Shown: positions 41,051 to 55,751 of the stretch, piece after piece | How positions within the stretch are numbered: the stretch's first letter is position 1 | Layout: each line of letters starts with the position of its first letter | Assembly: GCA_012295275.1 (NCBI GenBank) | Contig: CM022673.1 | Coordinates: 25,358,001-25,422,000 of the forward strand | Direction of reading: 5' to 3' | DNA from: Chrysomallon squamiferum | Lineage: Eukaryota; Animalia; Mollusca | DNA length: 64,000 nucleotides | Translations under genes and position numbers: made by a program | The notes under the pieces: generated by a model | Databases searched by the model: none | What the model saw: the letters and a program-made list of their open reading frames with translations, nothing else | Told to the model about the DNA's origin: nothing

Positions 41051-44000
41051 ATGGATGATGGCCTTGAAGTAAGCTTGTAAGTTTTACTTACTTTTTTTTC
41101 TTCTGTTTTTTTCTCTCTCTCTGTGTGTGTGTGTGTGTGTGTGTGTGTCTGTCTGTCTGAATCCAGCTTTTGATATTTAGTAATTTGATGATTTTTTATG
41201 CTTTTCCTTTAAGTTTGAAATAGATCAGGAGAATAATCAGGTTTACCCATTTAATATTTACAGAGATGCTAACTTGCTGAACGACTTCTTTCAAGATGGA
41301 GGCAATGCAGTAAGTTTTAAAATATTCTGTTTTAATTTTGTCTGAGTTACTTAACCAATGAACTATATCTGTTAATAATAATTAAAATAATAAATGTCCT
41401 TGCTTTTTATTCAAATTCATAATTGTGAGAGCTATAGTAAATTAAGAATTTTTAATAAAATATGTAAATTAAAGGGGACAAAAATTCAGTTGCATTCAGT
41501 TAGACTGGTATATTTGACCTTAAATAAAAGTAATCACTTAACCGTGTGAAATGGTAATTCCTGAAAGTCTTTTAGCAAAGGAGTTTTATTTTTATTTTGG
41601 ATAAAATGTTAATCTGTATATTGCATAATTCAGGTTTCCTCAATTGCTGATGATGACGGCTGTTTCCAGGACACTGCCTTCAGTTGGGCTGATGATTTCA
41701 TTTCATCAGCTCAGGAAGCTGAAGAGGTTCATACCTCCGTCCAGTCTTCACTGCCAGCTGTCAGTATGGCACAGAACCAGACAGAATCCAGAACAGTGGA
41801 TATCAGCATGCAAGGCACAACAGCACTGGGACAGCAACACATTATTCAGCAGCCTTCCAGCACGATCACATCTCAGCAGATTTTGCAGAACTCTGGTGGC
41901 ATCATCCAGGGGTATTCTCATTTAAACGTTTTTCTTTGAACTATTACTTTTAAAACAAAGGTATTAGATTCAAGACAAACTGTAATGTTTGTTTATTTAT
42001 TAATTTTAAGGTAGAGTGAAAACTGTTTTAATATTAAATATTGTATATATATAGCCATTTTGAAAGAGTAAAAATAGTTAATTAATGCACTGTGTGCTGG
42101 TTATAACTAATTGATAATTAACCCAAATGACATTCATAAGATTTATAAAAATGAAATTCATAAAATTGTTACACAAAGTGGTGAATGTCTTTCAGCAAGT
42201 ACATTTATATATTTGTTTAGGATCGGAGGGCAGCAGTTTATCATTTCACCATCAGCTTCCATCCAGCTATCACAAAGCCAGTTAGGCCAACAGCCACTGA
42301 CTAGTCATGTTTCCAGTCAGCAGTTCAGTATCCCATCAACACTTGTAAGCAGGTCCTTGACCCCAAGTCAGAGTCCTGCACCTTCACAGTCACCTCATAG
42401 CAGATCTCTTACCCCAAATCAAACTTTGATCAATCACAATATTCTTCATAATCATGCTGCAACGTCATCACCAAGCATCCTTCAGTTTTCAAACACTGCT
42501 CAACAGTCCCAAGCACAGATGCATATGGCAGGTGCTGTTCCTGTTCAAAGCATTATCCAGAATCCTAATGCAGGAATTATGCAGGGCCAGGCTGTCGTTC
42601 ATACACAGAATGCTGTGATTCAGAACCCAAATGTTGTGAATGTTAATGTGGCTCATGTCTTGTGCAATAATTCTCAGCAGACACATCTGCAAAGTGGAAT
42701 TCAGGGACTACCTGTTGCAGTATCCAATACAAATATTCAAGGGAATCCAGTCAATATTCAAGGAACAATTATCCAGACGGCTCAAGGCAAAAGTATTTTA
42801 ATCCCTAACCAGCTGACTGGCCAACAGATTAACTTACAAAACTTTCAGCAGTTGCAGATGCAGCCACAACAAGTGCAGGTCCAGTCTCAGCCAGTTCAGA
42901 TCCAGCCACAGCAGATACAGATGAATCCTCAGCAAATGAATCTTGGTCAGCATATCATATCCAACAACGGTACGCTAGTTCAGAACCAGCAGGGTGGTGT
43001 GTCTCTAGGTAATATCATCAGGCTTGCTGCTCAGTCAAATCAAGACAAGACGGGTACACTCCCGCCAAACATCAGTCTTATCAACTTGCCTGGAGGTCAA
43101 GGGCAACAAATATTGATCCAGCGAGCTCCAAATCCAAATGCTGGTCAGCCACAAAACATAGTTCTGCGAACCATTTCTCCTAACATTGTGCAAATTCAAA
43201 ACCCAAATCAAAGTGGACAAGTATCTGGAACACCATTGCAGATAGCATCAAATATTTCTCATCAGATTGTGAACCAGAACAATCAAGGAATACAGCTCCA
43301 GCAGGTGTTTTCTGGAGGACAGGCACAACAAATAAAATTAAGTAATCAGCAAACCACTCAGCAGAGGTTACAAGCTGGCACTATGACTTTGAATCTGGCT
43401 GGACAGAATATTAATTTCCAGCAAATGGCAGGGACTATGCAGTTGGTACAACAGTCCCAGAACACTAATGTGCCATCTAGTATTGCTGTGACAACACCGA
43501 GGTCCTCCACTTTCTCAAATAGTAATAGCCAGATGTCTAATATAGTATCTAAAGCACTGATCTCTTCAGGTATTAGTCCAGCTATTACAGCACATAGCAC
43601 ACAAGGACATCTTGATATAAACAGTAAAACTTCAAATGTTCAGGCTTCAGTCGTAAAACACAATAGGTCCAAAAAGCAGGCAGATGTGCAGTCAGTACCG
43701 TCTCCACTGCAAAAAATGCAAATTCCAGTTTCACAGTTTATAGCAACAGCATGTAATACTGCTGGAATCAGTACAGTACAGTCTACACCAACTCCTTCAA
43801 CAACAACAGTGTCACAGGCATTTGTTCAGATTCCTTCTCAGTTGACTGTTGCCAATAGTTTGGCCTCATCTCAGACTGTGTCTTCCATAACTTCAAATTG
43901 TGCAAATCAGTTGACAGGATCAATGGTAAAATTGCAACAGGTTCCTTCTAACAGAATATTTCAGTCCCCTATTTCTGCTTCTGCTGTGCAAGGTAGTGGT

Positions 44001-47000
44001 TCAAATGCTAGACTTCAGAGTGAAATGATGAAATTGTCAATGCAAAAAAAATTAACTCCTGAACAAAAGCAGTGTTTGCAACAGATGAGTGTTTTGCAAA
44101 AAAGAGCAGCTCACCCTACACAGGTAAGAAATGTAAGTGTTGCTAACAGTTCAATGCAACCAAGCATTGCTACATCTGTACAGACACCTGTTGTTTCTGC
44201 AGCTTCCATAGCAAAGTCCCAGCTTCAAACCAAACCAACAGTGCTCAAAGACCAACAGAATCATGTTTCACCTTCACAGTCTGTACCTATAGTGACAACG
44301 ACAGCTACGTTAAATAAACAGATTATAAAAGAAGAGCCTGGTTCTCAGTTGTCACACTGTGATAAAGCCTCTGTAAAGACGGAGCCAATTGTTCAAATGG
44401 GTGTAAATTTGCCAGGCCAAAAAATTATGAAAATGGAACCTCTTGTGGTTAGTTCAACAGCTTTCGTGGCAAACTCTAACCCAGGGAGCACAGTGTTATG
44501 TACAAAACAGAATGTGATGATTCAGACTTCAACAGTTGGATCAAATCTTGTCAGAATGTCTGTACCTCAGATGGCAACTGCTACAGGAGCCTCTAATGTT
44601 AGCAGTAATCAGCATATAAAAATAATTCACCAGGCACCTGTGAAAAAAGTGATTCCTATAACTCAGACTCAAGTAATTAAAATACATCCAACACAACCCC
44701 ACATCAGAACTTCTGCTTCAGGAGGAGTAATGCAGAATATTCCACCAGGAAAAGTTCCTATTTCGGCTACTCCAACTGTGCCAACACAAATCAAGGTACA
44801 TTATATTATGTGTTTATATTGCTTTTTGTTTACCTGTATTATCTGATTGAAAGATATATTACAACCTTTACCTAGTTGGTAATCGTTTTATAACAAAACA
44901 AAAAATGTAATTAGATCAAATGTTGATGTAAGATAATTTTACAATAGATTTATAATTATATCTATGCATTTATGCACACTCACATCTGAATGTGTAGTTA
45001 AAAGTTTTGTTTTATTTTAACAGATAGCTAACCAGACGTTGACTTTAAACCTGACAGCACAACAAAAAGAAAAACTTCTAAACCATTTAGCAAAGATGAC
45101 TCAGGAGCAGCAGGAGATGTTTCTAGAACAACAACAAAGTGTTCTGCTGAAACTACACCAGCAGCATCAAGCCCAAGCACAGGCACAAGCTCACACACAG
45201 TCTCAAGCACACATACAAATACAACAGGCCACAGTTCAGTCAAAACCCCAGTTGTTGGTTGCTAGTCCAGCAGGGAAAATACCCATTACTGTTCAGGTTT
45301 GGCCATTAATCTGATATTTATCCTGTTTCTGAGAACACATCAGCCTGGATAATAATGCTAAGTGTCATAAAAAGTCCTTGAAATAAACCCATTAAAACTA
45401 TAACAAGTATAAAATGTGAATTCACATTTAAAATTTTGTCACTCAAGGCAGATGGAATCATTGTTTGTACTAATTATTTTGTTGTACCCATTACCTTGGT
45501 TTCTTTAACAGAACATCTATGGCAGGGATGATGTATATTTTTGGCCAGCCATATTATTTCAGTGTTAATAAAAGATTATTTTTTCTTCTGTTTAATATAT
45601 TTATTCATTTGTTTGTATATTTTTATTTATTTATTTATATATTTTTTTTTTTTGTGTGCATCTGAAAGCATGTTATTATATATTATATAAAATACACAAG
45701 TCTGTAAGTAAAGCAGAAGTTTATACATCTTGAACATGCAGTCATCTTACAATAAACAGGAAATATTTTTCTTGCAGCAGTTGGATAAAGGTGTAAATCA
45801 GATCAAAGTTGTGACTCAGGTAGATTCTAATGGTCAGCAGAATTCTCCAGCAAAAGGACTGAAGCGCCCTGCAACAATTGATGGTCCCCCTGTCCCCTTG
45901 TAAGTAAATGTATCCGTGTCCTAATGATATATTTTCACTTCTTTTTTTACAGGAAAGTTGAGTAAAAAGAAATAATATTGCATTTGATGCAGCCATTAAG
46001 AAGTTAATGTTCTGATGGTGATGACAGTAAATAGTATTCATTAATTAAGAAAAATATGTTCTATAACAAGTCTATAAATATTAAATTACATAATAAATTA
46101 TAAACAAAGGTATATATTGTAAGCTTGTTGGTCATGACACTGGAAATGTAATTCACTCACAAAATAAAAGTGAAAAATTCAGACACCATTCACTAAATCC
46201 TTATTGTTTTTGAGATGGACATTCAAGAAGAAGAAGAAAAGTAACTGGTATGAAATTAATTTTTAAAATTTAACGAGGTAAATGACCAGTTTGATTCAAC
46301 AAAAAAAAACAAAAAAACAATCATAATGCATAAATTGTTAAAATTCACAACTATTTGTAATTCTCATGCCTAAGAAAAACATTTTATTACTGTTACAGAA
46401 TCCACCAGCAGCTAGGGAAAGATCAACTTCAAGCAACAAATCCAGACAAGAAATCTCCTTTTAAGAACAACCGTGAAGCTGTCAGGAGATTGCTTAGATA
46501 TCATGTGTTTCAGTCTCCTGGCCCGTCCACAAAAGTGTTTGAGAGTGGTGGGTTCCCTTTTCTTTATAAATCAAAAACTTCTTACGACAAATAGTGTTAG
46601 AACATTACTCATCTTTCAAAAATAACCTTCAGTGTCAACTGTTGTTTCTGTTTTGTCTAATTATCTACATATCAGAATGTGAATCATGTTTGTTTTGTTT
46701 TAGAGTGATTTAATATTTTTCCTAAGAAGTATTTCACTTGAGAAAATTTTGCTTTCAGCTGATAAATTATTTGAACAAGTTTCTGTTGACCTGCTGAAAA
46801 AAAGTGAGGCCATGAAAGCTAAATTTCAGCTTCTGCTGTTTGAGGAAAGTATGGTAAGTGTTCAGCTCAAAAGCATATTTTGTTTTTGTCCAGCAGACAT
46901 AATAATCATTAAGTTAGTCGTTTTGACATAAAAAGCTACTTTTTTCTTTTTTTTCCTTTTTATAGGTTTGCATTACTTCATGTTAGAAAATTGAATTATT

Positions 47001-49004
47001 AAGCAGGAACTCTAAATAAATGTAAATTTTTTTTGGATAACAAATATTGGAAATGATTCCTCCTTACAAGAATTATTTTTGTGTGTTCAGAATGAAGACC
47101 AATCAAATAAATGTAGTCAAAAAATTCAATTTGCATTTAATTTTGGCTCTTCTTTTATCTAATGTAATATTTCTTTCATACTTTTATCATAGCGACAGAG
47201 TCCATCAGCAGAAATGGTAATGATACAGAGAATGCTAAATCAGGATTTATCCGTTCTTGTTGAAAAAGAAAAGATGATTGTGAAGAACAACCCAGGTATA
47301 AGCTTATAGTTTACAAACAAAGCTGGTTTTGCAAAATGATTAAAAGAAGTATAAAGATTAATGAAAGACATTTTTTTAAAATCCTTATAATAAAATATTC
47401 ATAAAAGAAGTACATGAAAATATAATTGCTGTTTGATGTTTTCATAGTGGAGATGATGCAAGAATGCATATTTAGAAAAATATGTTTAAATTGTTTTTTT
47501 TTTTTTTAAATTTACAGATGACTTTAAACCCATGCCTTTGAAATATCTGAAATTGGATAAGACTGAACCATCAGAAAAAGGCCAAGATAGTGTTAGTGAA
47601 GGAACTACAAAATGCAAAAAAGAGTCTGTTTCTGAAGGTGGTGATTGTGAGAATAAAAAACTTAATGCTTTACCACCTGAGACATTGAAAGTGTGTGTTA
47701 AGTCTTCACCAGCTCATTCTCCTGGAAGCATGAAGCTAGTTATCAGGAAAAATGAAGGCCAGGGATTTACTAGCATTCTTCAGAATGTAGATGAAAATTC
47801 GGAAACTGGATCCCATCCTGTTAAAAAAGAACCTGTCATTGGTAATGCTAATGGATTTGACAGTGTTGAAAGCAAAAAAAGTGAAAAAAATAAACACATT
47901 TTAAGAGAACATATTCAGTCTACAGAAAAAACATTTCCTTCTGAACCTTTATCAAAACTAATAACAGAAACTTCTGAAAATGTTATGAACGGACAGCATG
48001 AAGAGGCTTCCCATTGTGTTAATGACCTACCACCATTCCATAATCTTGGTGAATCCCTTGATGAAGACCATATATCAGATACAGGTGATTCTCAAAGAGT
48101 TTCAGAAAGTAGTCAGCCACACTACAGTGATATCAGTGTAACTGATTTGTCTGGTGAATACAGCAACATGTTGTCACCAGTTAGCAACCAGTCATCGCCA
48201 CATTCAGTAACAACAGCATCCCAGGTATCACAGAATTACCCTTCTGTGTTCACTTACAATTCAGACTTGTGTTCAAATCAGCAGTCTGGTGTAGATAACA
48301 AGAGTGGCAATAAAGTGAACTCATCTGAATCAGTTTCACAGATGGACATTGAAAGTAATTCTGTGGTGTCATCTGATTTAAATTTTCTGAATAGTTGTGA
48401 TGATGTGCCATTTTCTGCTGCAAAAAGTGGTGGTGGTGGTGGTAATGAAATTCAGAGTGCTGTTTACAGCATTATGGAACTAGAAGATGTAAGTAGTGAC
48501 AGCAGTGGTCTGACAGAAGAATCTGTACAGACTGTGCACAAAGTAAATGTTGGAAAAACTATGGGTAAACAAATAGTACAGCCTGATTTTTCACCAGACA
48601 GGCTGTCAGATAGCAAAGCACCTGGCTCAAATACACAAGTCAGTAATGATGATTCAGAACCTGTTAATTTAGATGCTTCTTTTGAATTAGATACAAATGA
48701 TCCACAGAATGGTATGATGAATGCTCAAATGCAGAATGCCATAGAAAGCATTCTTAGTCTCAGTCAGGAAGCAGAAGCAGAAGCAGCAGAGGAAAACTAC
48801 TACACTGATCATTCGAATTTTGTTCCCAATCTGAATGGCAGTCATGTGTCTGAGTCTATGGACACAAGTCAGGACAGTGATTGTATAGGTGACACTGACT
48901 TAGATTTTAGAGACGAATCACAGACTGAAAATAATTCAGAGACTGTAGGGAATGATTCGGTAGAGGATGACCTTGATGCTGCAGTTCAAAGTATTCTTAT
49001 GTGA
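41051..49004 (+). CDS. BICRA: BICRA/BICRAL (GLTSCR1) homologue, ncBAF/GBAF subunit (~1717 aa)
   Basis: Exons 41051-41076, 41264-41309, 41634-41911, 42221-44795, 45024-45296, 45778-45899, 46399-46547, 46759-46853, 47193-47295 and 47518-49004 (5154 nt, in frame). N-terminus MDD...LLNDFF, then a Q/S/N-rich region, then the GLTSCR1 domain PDKKSPFKNNREAVRRLLRYHVFQ...FEQVSVDLLKKSEAMKAKFQLLLFEES...SPSAEMVMIQRM. The C-terminal AAVQSIL resembles BICRAL. Probable 5' UTR exons end at 37594 and span 39214-39292. Confidence 0.92.
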
Positions 49005-52000
49005 AATGGTGCTAATGAGTGAATAGAATGAAACATACAAAGGGTTTTTGTGGGTTGTTATTATATTTTTTTTAAAGATCTAAAGAATATTGCCAACATC
49101 TCGCACATTTCCAATCAGTATTTTTTGTTGCAACTCATTTGCTTTTTGCCAGGAAACACTTGTTATATGCTATTGTTTCAGATTCTTATCATTCATATTA
49201 AAAAGACATAACTTCATCATTTTTCCAACACCATTACTCTTGGTCTCATTTTCTTCTAAATATGTTTTATTCAAGATCCTTTCCTTTTTCTTTTTCTTTC
49301 TTTTGCACCCCCCACTATCAAGATAACTGAATGAGTTTTAAATATATTGTTGTTGTGAAGTTGACCTGTTAGCCTGAACTTACCTGTAATATTTTATTAA
49401 GAAGAAACATTTTAGTACTAATCAAGAGAATTATCTGAACATATCACTTAATAGTTCTTTTTCTGTATCAAATAGTATAATAACATTTTTTAAATATAAC
49501 TGTTGGTGTTAGACTAATAGAAGAGTGCTTTCCTTAAACCACAAATAATAAAAATATCTAGATTGTAGTTTTCTCCATAATATCAAATTTTTATGACACT
49601 AAATCTATCACTTTTACTTACATTGAGTTTCTTCTTCTGAGAAAATTCATAGAAATGTTAGAAATGTTGAAAATTTCCTACATATGAAAACAATTTTTTT
49701 AAATGTACTTGGAGAACATTTATAGACAAAGTTCAGTGATTACCTTTAGTACAGACACTGAATGTTTTCCATACTTGCAGCTAGTGCTGTATCATTCTAT
49801 TTTTTAATTTTATTTTTATTACTAATATATTTTTCCCCACAATTGTTTTGTTGCATCAGTTGTTAACAGAGAGAGATAGAAAGTAAGCAAGGGATAAAAA
49901 TAATGCATCCTTTTTGAACAAATAATTTATTTTTGAAAAAGTCACGTCCACTCATAAGAAAAAAAGGCCTTACTGCTGAGTACATTTCAAGATGTTCTTT
50001 TAAACTATTGTTCATTAAATCATGTTTTAGAAAATATTGTTAAATATATATATATAATTTTTTATTTTATTTTTTAATTCTGTTTCTAGTATAAAAAAAA
50101 AGTTTGAATAAATGTTCTTTACATTGGCATTTTGCTTCCAGAAACAAATGTCTACTTTACAGTATGTTCATTCCCTGAAATATTGTCATCTAAATTCATT
50201 TTTAAATTTTTATTTTTTATTTTTGTTAAAGTTTATTAAAATGGGTAAAAAAAAAAAAAAAAAAATTAACTTATTAAACTCAAGAATTAACATTTAAGTA
50301 ATTTCACTGATATTTTAATGTATTCATGTTGAAATATTTATACATTTGCTAAATCCCTCATTATCAGAAAATTTTGTTATGGGAAGATCGGATCATTGCT
50401 TTAGTACATAAATTGACTCTTTTATTTATTTATTTTTCAATATGTTTTACTTTTTATTATTATTATTTTCAAGTTACAAAAAATAAGTTACCTGTGACAT
50501 TTATGGCTATGGTTAAATACAGAAAGGTGAAGGTCAACTTTAATAAACATTAAATGGATTGCTTGCTGAAAATCTTAGTTCACAGGTCTGTCATATTGAC
50601 AGGCGTCTCTCTTAAGTGAAGAAACTAACAAATAGCTTAAATATTTTGTTGTCTGTTCCTATGCTAGTAATAAAGGATAACACTAAATTAACAATTGTGG
50701 AGCTGTTCATGGAAGCCTCTATTTGCCATTTAATCAGGATGCATTTTTTTAATTATTTTTTTTTTTTTAATATGAATAAACTTGAATGATAAATATCATT
50801 TGAAAACAAGTAATTAACATTTAGGTTACATATTTGAATTACCACAGGTATACTTTTAAAGATGAAAACTATTTTGTTTTTTTGTGACTTTACAAGAAAA
50901 CTGAAAATGCTATCGATAATGCTAAATTGTGATAAGAATGTTTACAGTCTCTGTTGCTTTGATTAATACCAAACAGTATTAGAGTTGATATGCTTGGAGA
51001 TTGTAAAGTATAAACTATTATGTGCTGGACACTGTGAAATGCATAAAGTAACAAAATTTTTATATTGTTAAATTCAGTCTATTTTGTAATTTTCAGTTGA
51101 ATTAAAAATAAATTCACTATGAATAACAATTTAATATATTGGTGACTAATTCTGAATTGAAACTTAGATATGTGATAATTACAGATAGCAGAAGTTATTA
51201 TTTATTTGATTAAAATATTTAACATCAGATTGTTAGTGTAACTCGTTAGCCATAGTTGAGAGTTCCATTGCACAACCTATAATTGTTGAAATATTTTTTT
51301 TTATTTATTAACTATAAAAACAGCTTGTTCCATTTTTCTGTCCTTTTAATTACTTGATTTACTTTCGGCTTGTTACATTCTTTTTTTTCTCCTTAAATTC
51401 ATCCATTTTTAGATGTCTAGTTTCATCTTTTAAGCATAAAGTTGTTTTACTGTTTCCAGTATCCATGTCAGCCCAACATGGAATTAAAAGTAGCATAAAG
51501 AAGTCTCACTGGCTTCCTTTAAAAAAATAAATAATGCTTTGATGTTGGTTATATCTGTCATTACAAAATTATACGTAACTCTTAAAATGTTAGTCATCTC
51601 TCTTCTCCTCTAACCATAGTTCAGACAGGTTGCAATTCATTAGAAATCCAGGTCCTTTTCAGCTAGCTCAATGTCTTCAATTTCATTGATGATCATGTTT
51701 TTAATGATAATTGAAAAACAAAATTGAAAGTTTTTGAAATAATTAAATGAGAAGTATATATTTCATTATGATAAAGCTTCCTAATAGCACTGGAATCTGA
51801 TACATGAATTTTATTGGACGTTAAATTAATAAAAAAATTATTAAGTTTGGGTAAATATTCTTAATTTGGTGTTATGTTACACTTTTTTTATTTAAAGTTA
51901 AGTGTTGTGTAATTATTAAATAATTAATTTCCCTCTCTAAACATTCTAAATTAATACTTTACAAGATTACCTGCTGGGGCCAGTGTCTTAACTTTACAGA

Positions 52001-55000
52001 GTAATAATTAGAATATTATTTGTCATATTCATTAAGTTTCTTGTCCAAACATTTTGGTTGTCTTTTCTTCTGTATTGCTTAGAAGACAAGTTTCATTTTT
52101 ATTATTTTCTTTGTTATTTAATGGTTTTTGGTTGGAATATCATGTAAAAATTATTTCATTATTATTTATTTTTTTATTGACTTCGCAGAAGAGTAAATGG
52201 CTGTTTTCATTCCTGTATAATACTTTATCAACAATTGCATGTTCAGTTTTGATAAACAGTTATTTACTATTTTTACAACAGGCATGGCCCTGATTATTTA
52301 AATATTTATTTTTAAAATTAGAACTGAATTGTTACCCCAAAATGGTTACAATTTCTGCAGAGGTTTTGTTAAGAAGTTGTGTAAATGTCATTAATTACAA
52401 AAGGAACACACACACAAATACAATTTTTTTTGACTAAAACTAAAATTGAGGTCTATAATATAGCTATTGGAATTGTTAGCAGTGTGTCATTTCAGAATTC
52501 TTTATCCTTATTGTGCTGAATCTCATTTCAATGGTATGCTGCATCAATTTAATATAAGTATTTGTTTCAAAATAAATAATTTGTACCTTTGGACAAACTG
52601 TTGCATTTATATAAAATTTTAACTGGCATCAGAATAGATATATGTCTACGATATTTGTTAAGAATTATCTCAAGTATAGTGTATCTCTAAAACAAGTTTT
52701 TTTTTTTTAAATTCAAAAATTATAAATAATTCTAGTGTTCATCTAATGTGTAGTAGTACATATCATGTCACTTCTTCAGTGCTCATTTAAATCAGGTTAG
52801 AATGAATTGTTAAACTGATCATGTCGTCCATATGCAAAAAGATTTATGAATCATGACTTAATTTTTCATCATTGCTTTATGATGTATCTGTGTTAGACTG
52901 TATTTGTATAGTAGTCTTGAGACTGTATTTATATTTTGTGTAAGCCTTATTTGTACATGTACATATAAACTGATATAAACACATACAGAAAAAAAAAAAT
53001 GTTTTGTGTATTTGTTTGAAATGTTTAAAAGCTGGTATTGTATACATATTCAAAGACAGATTCTTGAAATAACAAATTTGATAGAAGAGGTCATATTGGA
53101 AATTATTTTCTAAAAAGATAAAAATGCAGTTATTTTGAATGGAACTTGAAGTGCTTGAACAGCAAGATCAGTTCAGAATACCATTAACCTTTTCAGGGAA
53201 AATTGAATTTTCAAAAATAATTATTGCTTCTGGTCAGAATAGTAACAAGAATTACATAGCATTAATATTTTGAGAGACATAAAAAATGCAATTCATGTAT
53301 TCAAAAATCAGATTAGTCGAGTTTGTAAATGATCTTGTATGTGCACCCACAAACATAACCTAAACTGGCATATTTGCAAGTTATTGTTTTATTTCTCAGC
53401 AGTGTCTGAACACAAAGTAATGTAATAAAATTAACATGCCTGTAAGTATGCACAAATACAGTATATTTTTTCACACTAAAATGAAATGAAAAAAGATGAC
53501 ACAGGATTCATCAGCTTGGCAGTGAATTAGTTCAAATAACAGATTTTGTTTCTCTCATTATTCATAACATTTCAAAATGCATTCTCATCAGTTTGTTAAT
53601 TTACTGTTGTGAAGAGAAAATACTTGTCCTGCTATAAACAACATTTTTTTGAAGTATTTTGGGCAAAGAAGATACTTTACTTGAGTAAAAGGTTCAATAT
53701 CTTTACATTGTAACTGGAGATGAATTATGTATCAACTTAACAAAATCTTAAAAATATTATGTGGCAATTTTAATTATTCCATTATCTATTTAAGTGACTG
53801 TTAAAATAATGAGCACACAAAATATGCAACAGCATAAAATACCCTTCAACATTTAATTTCAAATATATAATCAACAAACATCACATCAAATATAGTGAAA
53901 CTACAGAAAAAAGTTTTAACATCAAATGACAAGCACCTGCTTGAGATAAAATTTAATATAAGTCATTAAAGCTAAACCATCAGAATAAAACTATTTTAAT
54001 ATTGCAAATATTTAAGTGTGGATAACTTTAGTTTGGTTTCTTCAAACAATAGTACTAAAATACAAATTCAACAGTTAAAAACTTGTATATTCATTAACAA
54101 TGTTAAAACTGACCGAATTCATCTGAACTATGTTATCTGATATGTATCTCACAACAGAACACTGCAATTTGTTTCTTTATGTTTTCTGTTAAAAAAAAAT
54201 GCAGAAAATTTTGCAGAACATTTTCATGCTCTTGGAAAGAGAGACAAATTTTATTTGAATTAGATTTTTTAAATTCAATTCATAGATCACCACTGCTTTT
54301 AAGACTGTATGTCTGCTGTGCAGGAATTAAAGTTTGTTATAACCTTTCATTATAATTAATGTCTCTTTGAATATCAGTTGTGCATAATAGTCAAAATATC
54401 TGACATGTATACACTGTTTTCATTTATATAAATTAAAGTAAATAAATTCCTTACTTTTTCTCTTTATACATAGCTTGTGCTGGAAGAACCTTAATCAAAT
54501 GATCAATTTTTTTTTTTAGGGTACAATTCAGAAATAGTCCAGTGAGATATTATTTAAAAATTTGCAATGACGCACAAATTGTTTAACAATAAGTATAAAC
54601 AATTTTTTAAATAATAAAACAATATGACCTATATATATGGTCAACATTAAGAACAGAGATCTACAACATGCAACAAATATATCAATTTTGTAACTGTATC
54701 AAAAGATTTTCTTTTATGGAACATTTACTTTAGATTGTATCATTATAGTATTTAATTCAAACAAAACTAAAATAAAAAAGCAAACAAAGTAAGAAGAAGT
54801 ATGAATTAGTTATGTTACCATTATAAGCTGAAAAACATAGGCAAAATGTTTCCATTTATCAATTCTGCATGTAAAAATAAATAATTTTAAAAAATGTCTT
54901 TGTTACTAACATCAAAATATATCAAAATATTAGTTATATTACATTACACAAATACTTCTGGTATAAAATTAAAAAGGTTAAATATGAGTTAGCTGCTTTG

Positions 55001-55751
55001 TTTAGAATGTTTGCCCAAATCAAACATTATTTCAAATTGAACTGATAAAAAAAGCTGTTATATATAAATACTGGAATGTCTGGAATAACAGAGGCCTATG
55101 TATTTATGAATCAAAGATCTGAAATCAGAATTTCCTTGCATGCTATGTTTGCATTATAGCTTGAAGGATAAATAATCATTTCACAGAGTAAACAGTCCAG
55201 AACATCCCAGAATTAAAATTATCTGATAATATGATGAACATTTTTTCTTCTTCATTATTTATTCACTCTTCAACAAAACATAACTGAGTCTTGAATAAAC
55301 CACAAATTGTTTTCTTAATCTATGCTCTGTATTTCTATCAGAAAGCATCATCTGTTATAAAATTTCCCCTTGAATCAAACAAATCAGTACACTTATATCA
55401 AATCAATTCTTTCTCCAATAAACTATAAAAAAAACAGAATGTTAAAATGATTAATATGCTATTACAGCACACAGGGATTAATACTAACTATATTTCAGAC
55501 GATGAAAATATAAATTTTCAATGTCTAAATAGATTCTTAAGAAAACGAAAGGATTTTTTAGTGGGGGGTGTTAATGATTAAGTAATATGTATTAAACTTC
55601 ATAAGAATTAGACAACAATCAAATCATAAATTCATTTTATGTTTTTTTTAAGGATCTAATTGGATATTCTTCGAAGTCTAAAATGCCTTGACACTGTTGC
55701 TTAAAGTCTCTTTAAAACTGCTCGCTTAAAAAGGAAAATGTGATGCTTTTG

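Noticed and set aside
41644-41925. 93-aa plus-strand ORF
   Set aside because: It is the wrong frame of BICRA exon 41634-41911; splice phases support the other frame.
42111-42220. N-terminus of the 911-aa ORF as a gene start
   Set aside because: This is intronic read-through. The phase-2 acceptor at 42220 matches the donor after 41911.
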